Below, in pieces: positions 55,809-64,000 of a stretch of 64,000 nucleotides of DNA (its first letter is position 1; each line of letters begins with the position of its first letter). The notes beneath the pieces were generated by a model that was not told where the DNA came from, did no database searches, and worked only from the letters and a program-made list of their open reading frames with translations. This stretch comes from a virus: IMG/VR virus record IMGVR_UViG_3300049020_000031, positions 1-64,000 of that record. One strand, given 5' to 3'. The translations under genes and the position numbers were made by a program.

Positions 55809-56021
55809 TCAGTCTCTCGCAGCTGGTATGACGTCACCCAACGCTTGCCTGGCTTGCAACCATGGGCAATCATGATCGTGATCTGTCAGGTACCGATAGG
55901 CGTTTGAATATCGCCTACCGGGTTCCCCACCACCACACCATACACACCCACCTTGTTCGTCCTGATTGATGGGTGAATACGGTGCGAGTGCTTCCAGAAG
56001 AAGCCGGGTTTCTTCATTCAT
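55809..56021 (-). CDS. small Cys/His protein
   Basis: CVWC...HDHDCPW. Confidence 0.62.
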   Translation of the reverse strand: MNEETRLLLEALAPYSPINQDEQGGCVWCGGGEPGRRYSNAYRYLTDHDHDCPWLQARQALGDVIPAARD

Positions 56022-56890
56022 GGTGCTGATTGCAATTGTTGATCATCAGCTACTGCACCATCGTCGAATGGAATTGCCGAATAGATGTTGGTGATCATGT
56101 CGTTGAACAGAATATTGCTCTTCTGTGAGCCATCATCAGTAATTACCTGACCGGAGAAGGTCACGACGTCACCGTAGATCTTGTCGACCCAGATTTCGTC
56201 CACCGAATCACGTGAACCGTAAAGCGTGGTGCCTTTCCACTGAACAGCAACAACAATCTTCTTGCCGTTGATATCCAGAGTCAGCATGGCGTTTGGAACG
56301 TAGTTTGCTTCCAGATCATCCTTGTTCGCCAAGATGTTATCAATGGTCTGCGAACCATCCTGATATGTCTTCACGCGCACGTCAGTGACTGCCATGCCGT
56401 CTTCACCCACTTCTTTGCGTGGGCTAAAGGAGTCTTCGCTGACTTCACCCTTCTTGCGCAGCTCGTCCATCATCTTCTTGATTTCAAGATCCTTGGCTTT
56501 TTCTTCGTCAGTACGCTTGTCGTACTTGTCGTCATCACCCAAGTTGTAAATCTCGGCGATGGTTCTCATGTCGTTGATGTCATATGGATCTGGGGTGTCC
56601 CAGTTCACCATGTCAGTGTGGCGATCTGCTGCGCGGCTGTAAGTGCCAACCAGGAGATCGTGCTTCTTGACAAATGCTTCTTGATCCGCCGCGGTGGCGT
56701 GATCAAAAACATACACGGTGGTTTTGAACAGTTCGAAGTCTGGGTCACACAGGTGATCCATGATTTCTGTTTCACGCGAAGATGTGAAATGTTCAGTACC
56801 CACATTCAGATACCATGATTCGAACGTTGCTCGATTCTGGGCTGCGGCAACCACAGTTACCAGTGGGGATGGAAGGTGAGCGTAAATCAT
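56018..56890 (-). CDS. acidic hypothetical protein
   Basis: 290 aa; RBS GGAG. Confidence 0.75.
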   Translation of the reverse strand: MIYAHLPSPLVTVVAAAQNRATFESWYLNVGTEHFTSSRETEIMDHLCDPDFELFKTTVYVFDHATAADQEAFVKKHDLLVGTYSRAADRHTDMVNWDTPDPYDINDMRTIAEIYNLGDDDKYDKRTDEEKAKDLEIKKMMDELRKKGEVSEDSFSPRKEVGEDGMAVTDVRVKTYQDGSQTIDNILANKDDLEANYVPNAMLTLDINGKKIVVAVQWKGTTLYGSRDSVDEIWVDKIYGDVVTFSGQVITDDGSQKSNILFNDMITNIYSAIPFDDGAVADDQQLQSAP

Positions 56891-56941
56891 TGAAACTCCA
56901 GTTGAACAGATTGTGCCATTATACACAATCGTGCCAAAGTT

Positions 56942-57202
56942 TCACGACCTCGTTTGAGACAATTGACGGAAGACTTCAGCATCAATGCTGTCGCTCATTT
57001 CTTTGTGAAACTTGTTCATGGTCTCCTGAAGCATCTTATCACGCTGCTCCTTGTCATAGGCCTTGATAGCATTAGACAAGATCAAATACGCTTTTTCATT
57101 TTCAGGATTGTTATCAAGTGATGTTCGGAGATCTGTAGACAACTGACGAACTTGTTTACTAACGTCATCTGTCCAATATTTAATTTGAGGAATCTTAATC
57201 AT
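56942..57202 (-). CDS. hypothetical protein
   Basis: 86 aa. Confidence 0.6.
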   Translation of the reverse strand: MIKIPQIKYWTDDVSKQVRQLSTDLRTSLDNNPENEKAYLILSNAIKAYDKEQRDKMLQETMNKFHKEMSDSIDAEVFRQLSQTRS

Positions 57203-57602
57203 CTAATGGGCCTACCTGGGTGGAAATATAGAACGGGTTTGGTGAATTCACCATATTCAAAACGTTCATATAGTAACTTCCAGGTTGAGCATCTATCAAA
57301 TAGCTCTTCGTCATTGGATTCAATATGGGTTCAGTCGTCGATGCAATCACGATTTCAAAGGTCGCGACTCGATTCAAATGCCAATATGATTCAACGGGTT
57401 CCAGGGTGATACTTTCACCACCAGGATACTTACTGATCCAACACCGCAGACTGAAATCTTGAGTGGGGTTCATTCGGACCATCCTGAATCGAATGGTCTC
57501 ATCTTCAGGTAAAACAAATTGCCCACAAGCAAGGCAACCCTCCAGAAGAGGGTTGTTTCCTTCAATCAGGGGGTTGAAATAGGAGATAGGATATGCAGCC
57601 AT
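57195..57602 (-). CDS. hypothetical protein
   Basis: 135 aa. Confidence 0.65.
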   Translation of the reverse strand: MAAYPISYFNPLIEGNNPLLEGCLACGQFVLPEDETIRFRMVRMNPTQDFSLRCWISKYPGGESITLEPVESYWHLNRVATFEIVIASTTEPILNPMTKSYLIDAQPGSYYMNVLNMVNSPNPFYISTQVGPLDD

Positions 57603-57609
57603 CAGCTAC

Positions 57610-58224
57610 TTATCTTCTCAGCTTGAGAAAGGTGTGATTGCCTACCTTTGATATATGAATCATCGTTCCGTTGTTAGACCACGCAGGTGTGACCTGACGA
57701 TGACTATAAAAGTGAGTCGCGCCCTTGGCAACTCCGGAGAAGTTGTTGTGATAAACGATGATTGCCGCCATGATACTCTGATACCATTCCACGTGATTGG
57801 CGGTACCTTCCTTGACCTTGGGGGCTTGTACTCCGCGGGTGCACACCCAAGAGAATTGACACACCTTGGTACCAGAACGAACTGACGACTGTTTGACAAC
57901 TTCACATGGTGTGTTGGGATAAGCTGGGTGTGACGAACGATTCACAACCACTTCACTTACTGCAATCTTACCCTGAAGGCCTTCTCCCCTGGCTTCATAG
58001 TAGTTGTTGACTGCTAGACACAGCAAGTCTTGATTTGTTGCTTTCATATTTTCAACAAATTCTTCATCTAATTGAATCTCATTTACCAATTGAGCAATTT
58101 GTTCTTTAGTTGATAATGGTTTCCCATTTTCAACTTCCTGGGCATACACGCCAGTTCCTAGAAAGATCATAGCAACCATAAGAAATGGTGTTATCATCTT
58201 CAACAATATGTTGTATTGTTTCAT
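57610..58224 (-). CDS. cell wall hydrolase, SleB/Hydrolase_2 family
   Basis: signal peptide; CLAVNNYYEARGE, VVVNR, CQFSW, GATHFY, VGNHTF. Confidence 0.9.
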   Translation of the reverse strand: MKQYNILLKMITPFLMVAMIFLGTGVYAQEVENGKPLSTKEQIAQLVNEIQLDEEFVENMKATNQDLLCLAVNNYYEARGEGLQGKIAVSEVVVNRSSHPAYPNTPCEVVKQSSVRSGTKVCQFSWVCTRGVQAPKVKEGTANHVEWYQSIMAAIIVYHNNFSGVAKGATHFYSHRQVTPAWSNNGTMIHISKVGNHTFLKLRR

Positions 58225-58360
58225 GTTTTCGATCCTCAAAAAAATATGATCTGCTCACCTCAACGAAGTGGCAGATCGAACGTTTATTTAAGAGGGTTAG
58301 ATGAACAGTAAAACCGCTCTTTAACCACGATAAATATTCGAATAACCATTTTAACACCAT

Positions 58361-58939
58361 ATGCCAAAGATCAAAACTTTCAGTAATCTTTTCAAGATCG
58401 CATTTATTACGGCAGCATTATCTGCTTCTTTCGCCCACGCAAATACATTCAAGGCATCTGGATCTTGTGAAGTATATTTCAGCCCCAAGGGAGGCGCTAC
58501 TCAAGCAACAGTTGGCCACATCAACAGAGCAAAGAGTGAAATCAAGGTATTGGCTTTTTACTTCACGTCAAAACCAATTGCACAAGCGATTGAATACGCC
58601 CGCTCCAAGGGAGTAAATGTTCGCATCGTATTGGATCGTAGTCAACCAACTGCTAAGGGTAATCGCATCAAGGAACTACAGGATAGTGGTGCGGAAGTAC
58701 GCATCGATTCCACTCATCCAATCATGCACAACAAAGTCATCATCATTGATAACGAAATTGTGATTACCGGATCATTCAACTTCTCAGCTACTGCTGAAAC
58801 CAGAAACGCAGAAAACCTGCTCATCTGTAAGAACAAAGAGCAGGCAGCATTGTACAGTGAGAACTGGAATTACCTATGGGGTATCGCTCGTGATCCCAAG
58901 GATGCACCTGCTCCATTGAAGCGAACGAGCAGTGAATAA
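58361..58939 (+). CDS. phospholipase D family nuclease (Nuc-like)
   Basis: signal peptide; YFSP, HNKVIIID (HKD), TGSFNFS, NAENL. Confidence 0.9.
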   Translation: MPKIKTFSNLFKIAFITAALSASFAHANTFKASGSCEVYFSPKGGATQATVGHINRAKSEIKVLAFYFTSKPIAQAIEYARSKGVNVRIVLDRSQPTAKGNRIKELQDSGAEVRIDSTHPIMHNKVIIIDNEIVITGSFNFSATAETRNAENLLICKNKEQAALYSENWNYLWGIARDPKDAPAPLKRTSSE

Positions 58940-58965
58940 AAAGGGGAGCAGTTGCTCCCCTTTTT
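58938..58965. terminator. bidirectional intrinsic terminator
   Basis: AAAAAGGGGAGCA-GT-TGCTCCCCTTTTT between convergent genes. Confidence 0.82.
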
Positions 58966-58970
58966 CAATG

Positions 58971-59600
58971 TCAACAACTTCTACTGATTGATGCTGGTAT
59001 CAATGAGTGAAAACGTTTCAACATGCTAATCATCTGATCTTTATCCCACACGTGAACGTAGTAATATGGACCAAATTCTGGTTCGTCATCACTTGACTGT
59101 GAGAAACCCTTGGTATCATCAACATCAGTGAAATGCGCGGAGAGATCACCAGCACGGTGAAGGCGTAACTCCCACACACGCTTTCGTCTACCGATCACCA
59201 ACCGATATCCTGAATCAGAACGGGCAGCATCATTCAACATAATTGTGATGCGCTGCCAAGGGGTACTGTGTGGATATCTCGGTGGAACCTCTTCCATTTT
59301 GAATAGGAAGCCAGCTTCAATACAAGCATTGCTGATGTCTCGGTATGCGTTCATCTTCATGACGCCTTCGTGACACGACCGATGCATGACTCGATCATCA
59401 ACATGGGTTTGATTTAGCAATTCATCTGTGGTGTTTCCCCAGCCCTTACCACAGATGTAACACTCACAGGATCGTACATCCGCAATCATCCTCATGGTAG
59501 TGTAGCCATGAGGATCAGGTAGGGTAACTGACATCAATTGATTATAGGTGTCAAACCCCGTTCGGCCATCAGGGGTGATGGGCTTAACGATTTGATTCAT
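58971..59600 (-). CDS. hypothetical protein with Cys/His motif
   Basis: CYICG...HRSC; PW..IGRRKRV..YVHVW. Confidence 0.72.
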   Translation of the reverse strand: MNQIVKPITPDGRTGFDTYNQLMSVTLPDPHGYTTMRMIADVRSCECYICGKGWGNTTDELLNQTHVDDRVMHRSCHEGVMKMNAYRDISNACIEAGFLFKMEEVPPRYPHSTPWQRITIMLNDAARSDSGYRLVIGRRKRVWELRLHRAGDLSAHFTDVDDTKGFSQSSDDEPEFGPYYYVHVWDKDQMISMLKRFHSLIPASISRSC

Positions 59601-59612
59601 TGATTCTCCCAG

Positions 59613-59885
59613 TTAGTGATAGACGCGGGGGATGCCCATCGCCTCTTGTAGAATCAAAGTGTCCCAGTATTTCTGGTGGGGATCAGTTTCTTCTTCTGAA
59701 CTCATACGCATCATCAATGCAGTAAGTTCCGGGTCGTCCACAATATCAAGATCATCCCACTCCAGATTGGGGTCTTGATATTGCTTCCGGATGTGGTCCA
59801 AGAGGACTGCCTGATTTTCCTCAGTCACCGATGACATTCCACCACTGATGACAACTTTGAGTTTTTCGGATTTTTGATCAGGCAT
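59613..59885 (-). CDS. acidic hypothetical protein
   Basis: 90 aa; RBS AAGGA. Confidence 0.65.
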   Translation of the reverse strand: MPDQKSEKLKVVISGGMSSVTEENQAVLLDHIRKQYQDPNLEWDDLDIVDDPELTALMMRMSSEEETDPHQKYWDTLILQEAMGIPRVYH

Positions 59886-59895
59886 TACCAGTCCT

Positions 59896-60072
59896 TTAGT
59901 TCTTTTCGTTGCGGTCGCCGCGTTCCTTGCGAGCAGGAGCTTCGCTGCCTTGCAGCTCTGCTTGAATCATGGCGCGACGGAATTCACCACGGGCGTGAGC
60001 GTCCACGATGGTGGCGCACAGGCGCTTGGCTTGCTTGCTCAGACGAAAAGATTTGGTAGTTTTGCGATCCAT
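59896..60072 (-). CDS. small basic protein (not in ORF track)
   Basis: 58 aa MDRKTTKSFRLSKQAKR...RRAMIQAEL; RBS GGAG. Confidence 0.72.
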   Translation of the reverse strand: MDRKTTKSFRLSKQAKRLCATIVDAHARGEFRRAMIQAELQGSEAPARKERGDRNEKN

Positions 60073-60133
60073 TAAGTTCTCCGGTTAAAAAATGCATTGT
60101 AGCATGGCAAATCATCATGATGAATGAAGTTCA

Positions 60134-60745
60134 TCATTTTGTCAACATGTCACCCCATCTGAGCTTAAACAACACGAGATCATCAGGGTCTTGACACATC
60201 ATGTGAACCAAGCATGGGTTTGAATTGTGAACCCTGGTTCTGAACTTGCCAGCAAAATTGTCAGTACACCACCGATTGATTTCTTCTTCAAATTTCCTAG
60301 GATCATCGTTCTCAGAAACTTTCACGAATGGAAACGGACGTTGCCCTCTCTTTTGAATCCAGTCCTGAAACATCTGCCAATCCGTTGAATTCAGAAACGA
60401 CATACTCCAATCTTCACCACCAGTTCGTCTTGCGAAACAAAGGTCTTCACAGTTGTCTTCGATCCATTGACTGATCTCTCTTTGATGCCAGAAGCAATTG
60501 TGAATCAACCAACTATGCACCTGTGAGGTGTATAAGGGGGAGTTGGAATTTGCATACCAGGAAACATAGGTAGTCAATGGATCATATATCAGTTCGCTAT
60601 TGAATCTAGTTTGCTCAACTGAAATGTGACCAGCGTCTTGGGTAGTATAAACACCCGGTCGGGTGAATTCTGCCACCGCTCCGCCTGACCTAATACACGA
60701 GCCGGAGAAGTAGATTGTCTCTGGCACTAGGATGAATTTATTCAT
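60134..60745 (-). CDS. hypothetical protein with two FKL-family repeats
   Basis: WIEDNC...FLNSTDWQMF and WCTDNF...DPDDLVLFKLRWG. Confidence 0.72.
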   Translation of the reverse strand: MNKFILVPETIYFSGSCIRSGGAVAEFTRPGVYTTQDAGHISVEQTRFNSELIYDPLTTYVSWYANSNSPLYTSQVHSWLIHNCFWHQREISQWIEDNCEDLCFARRTGGEDWSMSFLNSTDWQMFQDWIQKRGQRPFPFVKVSENDDPRKFEEEINRWCTDNFAGKFRTRVHNSNPCLVHMMCQDPDDLVLFKLRWGDMLTK

Positions 60746-61317
60746 TTCTTGAATGTGAAATTCTTCACAAGGTTTACTGTTTCATTAGACAACAATACTT
60801 CAAAGTGATTGAGTGGTATCGCTACCTTTTCACCATATTGCAAAGCTGTCTGACTCTTGAGTGACACCACACCATCATTTTTCTCAAACATCATGGGGTT
60901 GTTGCCAACTGTCGTGATGATACTCTTTAGATCACATTCAAGAGGTTTCCTAGATATCGCAGTCAATATAGGATTGTTTGAAGCCAGACTGCGATATAGT
61001 TCATGCGTGTTGAACCATCTAAGAGTATTGGCCAACCGGCTTCCACCAAAAGGTGTACTCATAGTCAGGACAGATTTCACTCGATCGTTGATGTGCGCCA
61101 CGCCAACACCCACAATGCCGCCAAGACTGTGAGATACGATGTGAACATCGCTATCAAGTTCTATGATAAGATCGTTGACTGCATCAATGATGTCTCCGAG
61201 TGATTGCTTGACATCATATTGTGGGGTGATCATTTCGTGTTTGGGTAAGGCTTCCATAATTCTCTGGAAGCTGACTCCCGAACTGAACGCCCCATGGATG
61301 TAAACAACTTTCTTCAT
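60742..61317 (-). CDS. alpha/beta hydrolase (lipase-like)
   Basis: YIHG, SHSLGG nucleophile elbow, STPFGGS, NDGVV, NHFE. Confidence 0.87.
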   Translation of the reverse strand: MKKVVYIHGAFSSGVSFQRIMEALPKHEMITPQYDVKQSLGDIIDAVNDLIIELDSDVHIVSHSLGGIVGVGVAHINDRVKSVLTMSTPFGGSRLANTLRWFNTHELYRSLASNNPILTAISRKPLECDLKSIITTVGNNPMMFEKNDGVVSLKSQTALQYGEKVAIPLNHFEVLLSNETVNLVKNFTFKK

Positions 61318-62552
61318 AGGTCCTTCTTGATAATTACGCCATTCTTGGTGGTCAGTTCAAATTCCAATTTGAAAAAGTGGTCAGTATCTGATGAGTCAAC
61401 GCATACTCCATATCGATGTGCGGTTGGAATTTCTCTCACGATTCCCTGACTCAACAAGCTGTCCTCAATTGGCGTCATAGACAGATCTTTGCTGGTCACA
61501 TAACCTCGATTATGAATATATCGACTAGTGCCATTTATGGAATAGCTGAAATTAGCCAAACTAACATGATGCGCCTGGTTTGCCAGTGGCGCGGGATCTA
61601 GATGATTGGTTTTGATTGGAGCTGGGCTTCTGTAGAGAATTTGATGATGCGTTTCACTCCAGATATTCTTACCATTGATGTCATTCTTCAAGTCATCGTA
61701 ATCAAGAGCTATTTCCGCCACTTTGGTGGTCACTTCTTCAGAAGCAATAAAAGCCAGAACTCGTTCACGATAATTTCGCATCCCCTGCAGACGACATTTG
61801 TCAGTAGAGGTTGAGATCAACAATTCAACATCTCGCAGAGTCATCTTCTCTGTGGTTGGTTCCAGGATATCAGATACTTTGAAACTCGAAATACCCTGGA
61901 AAAATGTTTCACCATTATCACTGGTGATTTTCAATACATGGACTTTCTTCTCAACTACTCTGGGTTGCCAGGAGTTACTACTAGAAGACAGACTGGTAGA
62001 GAAGATTACGGGGTGGAGATACCCCATATAGATACCAACTAGAGCTTTATCGGTTTGAACCTTATCACCAATATTAAGGGTTCTAGTGGATACCTTGGTG
62101 GTAACGCGGCGTGTGTTTTCTTTCGCTTCCTTGTATGGTTCGCTGTTTACTGGCAACAACACATTGAACGAACCATCTCGAGCCCAAACACATTCTTGGA
62201 GAATCTCACCATTTTGGATTAGCGCGTTATCGGTCAACATTACCAAATTGGTCATCGTGATTTCGATTTCGAATCCACGAGGATCTTCCATCATAATCGA
62301 GGTAATTACGTTCTTCCAACCAGCGTGTCGCTGGGCTCTGCTTACCTTGAAACCAGAGATGGGCTTGTTCTCCAGAATCACCCGGCTCTTTTCTCTTCCC
62401 CAATGATCAACATTGGCCATTCTTTTCCTACCTGCGGCATTATCTTCATACGGAATCATATACCCATGAGCCACACTACCTTTACGTGACTGCACACCCA
62501 GGTACAACTTATCAAAGATTCGAATTGAGAGATTATCTTGTTTGGTAGTCAT
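61314..62552 (-). CDS. conserved hypothetical phage protein
   Basis: 412 aa; EDPRGFEIEIT..NL..CVWARDG. Confidence 0.78.
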   Translation of the reverse strand: MTTKQDNLSIRIFDKLYLGVQSRKGSVAHGYMIPYEDNAAGRKRMANVDHWGREKSRVILENKPISGFKVSRAQRHAGWKNVITSIMMEDPRGFEIEITMTNLVMLTDNALIQNGEILQECVWARDGSFNVLLPVNSEPYKEAKENTRRVTTKVSTRTLNIGDKVQTDKALVGIYMGYLHPVIFSTSLSSSSNSWQPRVVEKKVHVLKITSDNGETFFQGISSFKVSDILEPTTEKMTLRDVELLISTSTDKCRLQGMRNYRERVLAFIASEEVTTKVAEIALDYDDLKNDINGKNIWSETHHQILYRSPAPIKTNHLDPAPLANQAHHVSLANFSYSINGTSRYIHNRGYVTSKDLSMTPIEDSLLSQGIVREIPTAHRYGVCVDSSDTDHFFKLEFELTTKNGVIIKKDL

Positions 62553-62558
62553 GATGTA

Positions 62559-62804
62559 TTAGCTGATTAGTGAGAGGAGCATTGAATATGCGGCTTCTTG
62601 TTCTGCGAGTTCTTCTTTGTATTTTTCATCAATTGCAATACAAGCTGCCACCTTCTCGGCGTTGATCTTGGCTCTGATGTCACTCATATCGTTGAATGCT
62701 TCTGCAAATTCTTCTCTCGTGGAGATCAATTCTGGTTCGGAAAGGTCGGATGAACTAATGGCACCAGCAGTTCGAGCAGACTTCAGATAATTCTTTTCAC
62801 TCAT
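62559..62804 (-). CDS. hypothetical coiled-coil protein
   Basis: 81 aa. Confidence 0.6.
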   Translation of the reverse strand: MSEKNYLKSARTAGAISSSDLSEPELISTREEFAEAFNDMSDIRAKINAEKVAACIAIDEKYKEELAEQEAAYSMLLSLIS

Positions 62805-62930
62805 TGTTGTTCTTATAAAATGGAATGGCAATATGGAAGTCATGATACTAATGGCAAAACATATTTGCAAAATAGGTTTACTTTTTATTCAAATGAACAT
62901 ATAATGGAGTTAATGAAACACGGAGCTAAC

Positions 62931-64000
62931 ATGCACACTACGATTCTCAATCAGGACCTCATGACGTTGCGACAAGCCTTTCTGGATGCTGGTCGGGACA
63001 TCCGTTTGGTTGGTGGTGTAGTTCGTGACCTTATCATGGGGCAAACACCCAAGGACATCGACCTTTGCACTGATGCAACTCCAGACGAACAGCATGCGAT
63101 CTACATGAATGCTGGTTTGCAGTACGTTGACACTGGCATTGATCACGGCACTATCACGGTGGTGATGAATGGTGAAGGTTACGAAATCACCAGCTTGCGC
63201 ACTGAAAGCCAACATGATGGCCGTCATGCTGTGGTGGCGTTTACTCGTGATTGGACGGAAGACTTGAGTCGTCGTGACCTCACAATCAATGCAATTTCAA
63301 TGACGTTTGATGGTGAAATCCATGATCCTTTTGGTGGTGTCCAGGATATCGAGAACAATGTTGTTCGATTCGTGGGTAATCCACAGGAACGTATGACCGA
63401 AGACTACTTGCGCATCATGCGTTACTTCCGATTCCTTGGTCGTATGGCCGGTGAACGTGATGAAGACTATGACCGCTATCTTGATATCAAGATCGATCCA
63501 GTGACTGTTAATGCAATCTACCAGTGTGTTGATGGATTGGCCGGAGTCAGTGCTGAGCGTATCTGGGTGGAATTGAAGAAGATCGTTGCTCACCCATCAG
63601 CATTTGTTGTTTTGACACACATGAAGCGTTTGGGAGTGTTTTCTCCTGCTCGTATCCCATACAGCTTGGACCCCGATGAAGTTCATGATGCTGGTGTGGG
63701 TGTTGGCATCAACGACCCAATCGTGATCTTGGCTTCATGCTTGGATAAGAGCGCGGTACGTAAAATCAGCACGGACTTGAAGTGGAGTTCCGAAGAAGTG
63801 AAGTGGGCTTTGGAATTCCAACGCATGCGGGAACACACTGCGGAAGACTTGTTCCGCGAAGTCATCCTGAATGGTACTCGGACGGATCATGCTTCGAAGG
63901 TGGCTCGCTTGAATGGATACCACTATGTCGCGACGTTGTTGACACAACCATTGCCCGTATGCCCGGTCAATGGGGCGACGTTGGCAGCTCGTGGTATGAA
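62931..64000 (+). CDS. cca: CCA-adding tRNA nucleotidyltransferase (class II), runs off window end; not in ORF track
   Basis: translated by hand: VGGVVRD..PKDIDL, EITSLR..DGRHA, RRDLTINA, EDYLRIMRYFRF; RBS GGAG. Confidence 0.9.
   Translation, partial: MHTTILNQDLMTLRQAFLDAGRDIRLVGGVVRDLIMGQTPKDIDLCTDATPDEQHAIYMNAGLQYVDTGIDHGTITVVMNGEGYEITSLRTESQHDGRHAVVAFTRDWTEDLSRRDLTINAISMTFDGEIHDPFGGVQDIENNVVRFVGNPQERMTEDYLRIMRYFRFLGRMAGERDEDYDRYLDIKIDPVTVNAIYQCVDGLAGVSAERIWVELKKIVAHPSAFVVLTHMKRLGVFSPARIPYSLDPDEVHDAGVGVGINDPIVILASCLDKSAVRKISTDLKWSSEEVKWALEFQRMREHTAEDLFREVILNGTRTDHASKVARLNGYHYVATLLTQPLPVCPVNGATLAARGM

Noticed and set aside
8982-58965. Shared hairpin cores (CCCACATCGTGGG at 8987 and 34811; GGGAGC...GCTCCC at 18937, 38611, 58944) as REP or mobile repeats
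   Set aside because: All sit at gene ends with A/T tails and are adequately explained as intrinsic terminators.
1-64000. Alternative genetic code, integrase, transposase or prophage boundaries
   Set aside because: Known genes are full length in code 11 with TAA, TGA and TAG stops, and no recombinase, IS or host housekeeping synteny is seen.

Overview
This 64 kb window is from a large (jumbo-type) dsDNA tailed phage genome. It is gene-dense, uses the standard genetic code and consists mostly of short hypothetical ORFs. It carries T4-like TAAATA late-promoter boxes and a family of sigma70-like promoters with a private CCA(A/G)ATGAA spacer motif. The Dut sequence suggests a beta/gamma-proteobacterial host (inference). 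There is no core structural or replication module here. Recognisable accessory genes include tRNA/RNA handling (Pth2, macro domain, DUF2828-type Ro/TROVE-like vWA protein, HNH-RNA ligase, CCA-adding enzyme, GatB-tail domain) and nucleotide metabolism (dUTPase, dCMP deaminase, RelA/SpoT-type HD hydrolase, HAD phosphatases). Also present are a cluster of five 2OG-Fe(II) oxygenase-like genes with a glycosyltransferase and a GNAT, ugd plus an epimerase, an M16 peptidase, a TAXI binding protein, a PLD nuclease and a SleB-like hydrolase. The standout is 2657-3173, a promoter-to-terminator array of four circularly permuted tRNA-like RNAs (T arm, loop-closed acceptor stem, then D arm). Each sits on a terminal helix followed by CAGCA, and a fifth scaffold-only copy lies in the leader of the nearby DUF2828 Ro-like gene. 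This is a candidate non-canonical Ro/Y-RNA system with autoregulation. A second candidate ncRNA at about 39630-39785 (minus strand) is complementary to 23S rRNA helix 69/70. All calls are by motif recognition; no searches were run.
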